Part shown: piece by piece, positions 25,001 to 27,942 of the stretch
How positions within the stretch are numbered: the first letter of the stretch is position 1
Layout: each line of letters starts with the position of its first letter
Assembly: GCA_046153645.1 (NCBI GenBank)
Contig: JBJXGI010000050.1
Location: forward strand, 1 to 27,942
DNA: 27,942 nucleotides
Reading direction: 5' to 3'
Source of the DNA: Elusimicrobiota bacterium
GTDB taxonomy: Bacteria > Elusimicrobiota > Elusimicrobia > F11
Made by a program: the position numbers and the translations under genes
The notes under the pieces: model-generated
What the model saw: the letters and a program-made list of their open reading frames with translations, nothing else
Database searches by the model: none
Told to the model about the DNA's origin: nothing

Positions 25001-27942
25001 CATCAACCACAACGACCCTGGCCAAAGTAGATATTGCAACCTCTGCAGTGACACCTGGATCAACACAACTTTCAACTCTTTCTGGTTTATTGGGCGCAGG
25101 TTCTACTTATTACATTCGTGTTTTTACAGCAGACGAAATTCCCAATTGGTCTGGTATTTCAAATGGGGCAACAGGATATATGCAATCTGAATTCGATTCA
25201 GCACCTGTTGAGATTGAGGCTATTGATGATGGAATGTATGACGGAAAAGTTGCCTGGGGCGATTTTGATAAAGACGGTGATTTGGATGTTCTTGTTAGCG
25301 GTCGTGCCAGTACTCCCCGCCAGCTTCGAGTGTATAAAAATAACGGCAATGGAACTTTTGACAATACTCAAATCGAAATAGACGGTCTTGGTGGCGGTTT
25401 AATACGTGGTTCTGTTTCTTGGGGTGATTTTGATAACGATGGGGACCTTGACATTGTTGCCATTGGACAAGGTACAAATAACTCTCCCCAATTGCGTGTT
25501 TACAAAAATAATGGTGATGGCACGTTTGATTCTTCTCAGATTGAAGTTGATGGGGCCGGAAGTGGTCTTGTTGATTCCTCTGTATCTTGGGGTGATTATG
25601 ATAATGATGGTGACCTTGATTTATTGGCATCCGGTGCTGATTATAATGCTTATGGTCAACTGCGTGTTTACACGAATAATAGGAATGGTGTGTTTAATTC
25701 TTTTAATGTGGATGGAATTAATGGAGGATTCACTTCCGGAGAAGTGGCGTGGGGAGACTTTGATAATGATGGGGACTTGGATATTCTTGCTAACGGGACA
25801 GTCTCGGATCCCGAGTTGAGAGTTTATCGTAATAATGGCAACGGCAGTTTTGACGCTTCTCAGATTGATGTTGATGGCCCTGCTGGTGGATTAACGGTTG
25901 GTTCTGTTGCTTGGGGTGATTTCGATAGTGACGGAGATTTAGATATTTTAACCAATGGGATTGATAGCAGTTTCTATCAGTTGCGTGTATATAAAAATAA
26001 TGGGAATGGTAGTTTTGATTCAACACAGATAGAAGTCGATGGAAATAAGGGTGGTCTAGGTGGTGGAAATGTAGCTTGGGGTGATTTTGATAATGATGGC
26101 GACCTTGATATCGTTATTAATGGGGTTGATAACACTAATAATAATCAATTGCGTGTGTATAAAAACAATGGGAATGGAACATTTAATAATGCTCAGATAG
26201 AGGTGGCAGGTGTTAATGGTGGATTAAATTACGGTGGTGTTGCTTGGGGTGACTTTGATAATGACGGCGATCTTGACATTTTGACCAATGGTGTAGATAA
26301 CTTATTCAACAGGCAATTACGGGTTTATCAAAATAAAATGGCTCAAATTGTTTCGAATGGAACACCATCGCCACCGACAGGATTGAGTGTTTCCACTTCT
26401 ACAACTGGAACTTTACTTCAGTGGAATACCGGTTCTGACGGAAGTTTTAGTAACAATAGTCTTTCTTATAATATCAGAGTTAGTACTTTTTCCAATTCTT
26501 CAACTTCGACTGTTGTTGCTTCTATTTACGGAACTCCACTTTTCGGAAATTATATACGCCCCAAACTTTCAAACGCACAACTGGGAGAACGCCTCCGGCT
26601 TGCAGGAGGCGTTACATATTATTGGACTGTTCAAACCATTGATAGTTCTTTATCCGCAAGCGCTTTTGCCACAGAACAATCGACATTTGTTCCTGCTATT
26701 GTGCCGAATGCGGTATCTGACCTTGTCGCTTCAACTGGAACTCAAATCCGCCTGACTTGGACGGCGCCGTATCCCGTAGCATCTACTTATATTGTTCGAT
26801 ATTCCACGACTGGCGCCATTGTTTCTGATGCTGATTTTTCAACCGCAACAACGGTCGCCGTATCTGCAGCAATGAGTGGGGCTCAGCAAGTATCCATTTC
26901 AGGGCTTGTCCCAGGAACAACCTATTGGTTTGCCATTAAATCTTCAAATTCAGCTGGAACAAGCGCGATTGATACCAGTTCACCAGAGCCATTTGCAGTT
27001 GCAGGAAATTTTTATGGCGTTGACGTTGATGGCTCTGGTGGAGGACTTTATCATGGAGTCATTGCTGTAGGCGATATAGACAATGATGGTGATAATGACA
27101 TCGTTATCAATGGAAAAGATATTAGCGATAACCCACAGCTTCGACTTTACAAAAACAATGGAAATGGAACCTTTGATAACGCGCAAACCGAAATTGACGG
27201 TCTTAATGGGGGGCTCCATACCAGCTCGGTAGCTCTGGGTGATTACGATAACGATGGTGACCTTGATATTTTAGTTACAGGCCTGGATGCATCGTTTAGT
27301 AATCAATTTCGCATTTATAAGAATAATGGAGATGGGACATTTGATTCTTCTCAAATTGAAGTAGAGACAACCAATGCTGGTTACTATGAGAATGGTGCTG
27401 TTGCCTGGGGTGACTACGATAACGACGGAGATTTGGATATAGTCATTACAGGATATGACGCTTCGTTCGTACGGCGAGTACGTGTCTACAAGAATAATGG
27501 AAATGGAACAATAGATTCTACCCAAATCGAAGTTGAATTTCCTCTGACCGATGGTGTAATTCGAGGGGATGTGGCCTGGGGTGATTATGATAATGATGGT
27601 GACCTCGACATTCTTGCCAATGGAGACAATGCTGGTAGCGTGCCAGACCTTCGCGTCTATAAAAATATTGGCGATGGTACATTTGATTTTAATCAAATAA
27701 CTGTTGATGCTGCTGATAATGGTTTGGAGTATGGAGGTGTGGCTTGGGGTGATTATGATAACGATGGTGATTTAGATATTCTTGTTAGTGGTATTTCGAG
27801 TGGGTTTCAACCCCAACTGCGAGTTTATAAGAATAATGGAAACGGAACATTTGATGCTACTCAAATTGAAGTAGACGGATTAAATGGCGGTCTCTCTGAA
27901 GGCACTGTGGCCTGGGGCGATTACGACTCCGATGGAGATTTG
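22072..27942 (+). CDS. Giant secreted FG-GAP/VCBS beta-propeller plus FN3-like surface protein, 3' end outside the window
   Basis: Frame open from ATG 22072 to the window end (1957 codons); long signal-like N-terminus then ATLTWDGGGADNNFNTPANW; 20 GDxDxDGDLD-type repeats; FN3-like modules. Confidence 0.92.
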   Translation, partial: MSIRWRQITSHGGRTISSLFFSFLRFRISFLKNISAKFIKPVELFSLFLFLFSPLVYSATLTWDGGGADNNFNTPANWSSDVNPGVSDDVEFDGTSNKACTINVSTTILSFSIKSGSTITITQSATLVVTNTMSISAGTFNAGSNLLTVGGNWSRTGVGIFNANSSTVIFNSATTQTLTGSTTFYGIRALTSGATLQFSNGTTSYATNMVDFKNISLRSVTNGATAYFQYTGSSQTLRNLMVRDINSSGGTLMNAPGSTDLGNNTNWNFIAFSPNQIEVDGVDGGTSLGTSSFGDFDNDGDLDILVVGEDATSYQLRVYRSNGNGTFDPTEIDVDGAAGGMRFASAAWGDFDNDNDLDILTAGFDFSSNRRLSVYLNNGNGTFDATQVEVDGVGGGVVYAAVAAGDFDNDGDLDVLASGADTSGRQLRVYRNNGNGTFDGNQIEVIAADSGFESGTVSWGDFDRDGDLDVLALGLEGFNRQLRVYKNLGNGSFDATPVELEAADSGLSNASATWGDFDNDGDLDVLCSGYDGLTPHTRVYRNNGNGTFNSSEISIGTLGLQGGGTAWGDYDNDGDLDILVSGIDDNGSQLFIYNNNGNGTFASSGIAVEDTANAGLQYGSVSWGDVDNDGDLDILANGSSGGGRQLRVYLSSVSLSGGGNTAPSAPSGISSSFQYAVNRSTLTFKWDAGAYDTGYSSNSIYFNLWMGTNTLPSSPPATFEKTIITPRQGSPLFGNYLRPAYQTWPGDGSAKFGVYYSTTPNIATNAFDTDTSYYWRIQTIDAGLKESAWSSQNVARTDVAPNAVTNLSALTGSSDGEINLTWTSPGDDQSTGNLNPGTFRIFYSTVSGDMTGLSATTSTTTTLGQVNISTSGVTPGSTRSRIVTGLISGGTYYIRVFTGDEVPNWSSISNGATAFSLGDITTPAAVTNLTSLSIGGYIRLSWASPGDDNLTSNLNPGTFRIFYSTVSGDMSALTATTSTTTTLAKVDIATSAVTPGSTQLSTLSGLLGAGSTYYIRVFTADEIPNWSGISNGATGYMQSEFDSAPVEIEAIDDGMYDGKVAWGDFDKDGDLDVLVSGRASTPRQLRVYKNNGNGTFDNTQIEIDGLGGGLIRGSVSWGDFDNDGDLDIVAIGQGTNNSPQLRVYKNNGDGTFDSSQIEVDGAGSGLVDSSVSWGDYDNDGDLDLLASGADYNAYGQLRVYTNNRNGVFNSFNVDGINGGFTSGEVAWGDFDNDGDLDILANGTVSDPELRVYRNNGNGSFDASQIDVDGPAGGLTVGSVAWGDFDSDGDLDILTNGIDSSFYQLRVYKNNGNGSFDSTQIEVDGNKGGLGGGNVAWGDFDNDGDLDIVINGVDNTNNNQLRVYKNNGNGTFNNAQIEVAGVNGGLNYGGVAWGDFDNDGDLDILTNGVDNLFNRQLRVYQNKMAQIVSNGTPSPPTGLSVSTSTTGTLLQWNTGSDGSFSNNSLSYNIRVSTFSNSSTSTVVASIYGTPLFGNYIRPKLSNAQLGERLRLAGGVTYYWTVQTIDSSLSASAFATEQSTFVPAIVPNAVSDLVASTGTQIRLTWTAPYPVASTYIVRYSTTGAIVSDADFSTATTVAVSAAMSGAQQVSISGLVPGTTYWFAIKSSNSAGTSAIDTSSPEPFAVAGNFYGVDVDGSGGGLYHGVIAVGDIDNDGDNDIVINGKDISDNPQLRLYKNNGNGTFDNAQTEIDGLNGGLHTSSVALGDYDNDGDLDILVTGLDASFSNQFRIYKNNGDGTFDSSQIEVETTNAGYYENGAVAWGDYDNDGDLDIVITGYDASFVRRVRVYKNNGNGTIDSTQIEVEFPLTDGVIRGDVAWGDYDNDGDLDILANGDNAGSVPDLRVYKNIGDGTFDFNQITVDAADNGLEYGGVAWGDYDNDGDLDILVSGISSGFQPQLRVYKNNGNGTFDATQIEVDGLNGGLSEGTVAWGDYDSDGDL
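22885..24022 (+). repeat. FG-GAP propeller 1 (7 repeats of about 55 aa)
   Basis: GDxDxDxDLD at about 22951, 23116, 23284, 23446, 23611, 23770 and 23938. Confidence 0.85.
24463..25173 (+). repeat. Tandem duplicated FN3-like modules
   Basis: SPGDD...NLNPGTFRIFYSTVSGDM...YYIRVFT.DE.PNWS.ISNGAT occurs twice, about 360 bp apart. Confidence 0.85.
25192..26335 (+). repeat. FG-GAP propeller 2 (7 repeats)
   Basis: WGDxDxDGDLD at about 25255, 25420, 25588, 25750, 25912, 26077 and 26245. Confidence 0.85.
27010..27942 (+). repeat. FG-GAP propeller 3 (6 repeats visible, truncated by the window)
   Basis: GDxDxDGD at about 27070, 27238, 27406, 27577, 27745 and 27913. Confidence 0.85.

Noticed and set aside
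22239..27696. The many short ORFs listed across the right end of the window
   Set aside because: They are off-frame or antisense shadows of the single giant frame-1 gene
22885..27942. Periodic repeats of about 165 bp as a CRISPR array or DGR template/variable repeats
   Set aside because: The repeats are degenerate at third codon positions and encode FG-GAP blades; no cas or reverse transcriptase gene is present, and no adenine-specific variation was noticed

Overview
AT-rich bacterial chromosomal segment; the gene families and the giant surface protein are reminiscent of Elusimicrobiota, but this is inference only. Left to right it contains: a DDE/rve transposase IS; a DUF433/PIN toxin-antitoxin pair; a rhomboid-like gene; mutS interrupted by one in-frame TGA at a conserved Gly; mutL; a DUF4258/YgiT pair; a TIGR03546/TIGR03545 pair; a catalytically degenerate GspE/PilB-like protein; a convergent secreted protein of about 700 aa; and yggS-proC-yggU-rpoZ-coaC-coaB-udg-priA. 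These are followed by a DUF6036-like nucleotidyltransferase pair, an MNT antitoxin with a frameshifted HepT toxin, and the 5' part (at least 1957 codons, missing from the ORF track) of a giant FG-GAP propeller/FN3 surface protein gene. The most notable observations are: palindromic repeats translated in frame inside coaB and udg; the mutS nonsense codon; a GC-mosaic propeller in the giant gene; a pseudo-ATPase; and a recurring leaderless promoter layout (-10 box, 6-7 nt, ATG). No rRNA, tRNA or CRISPR array was seen.
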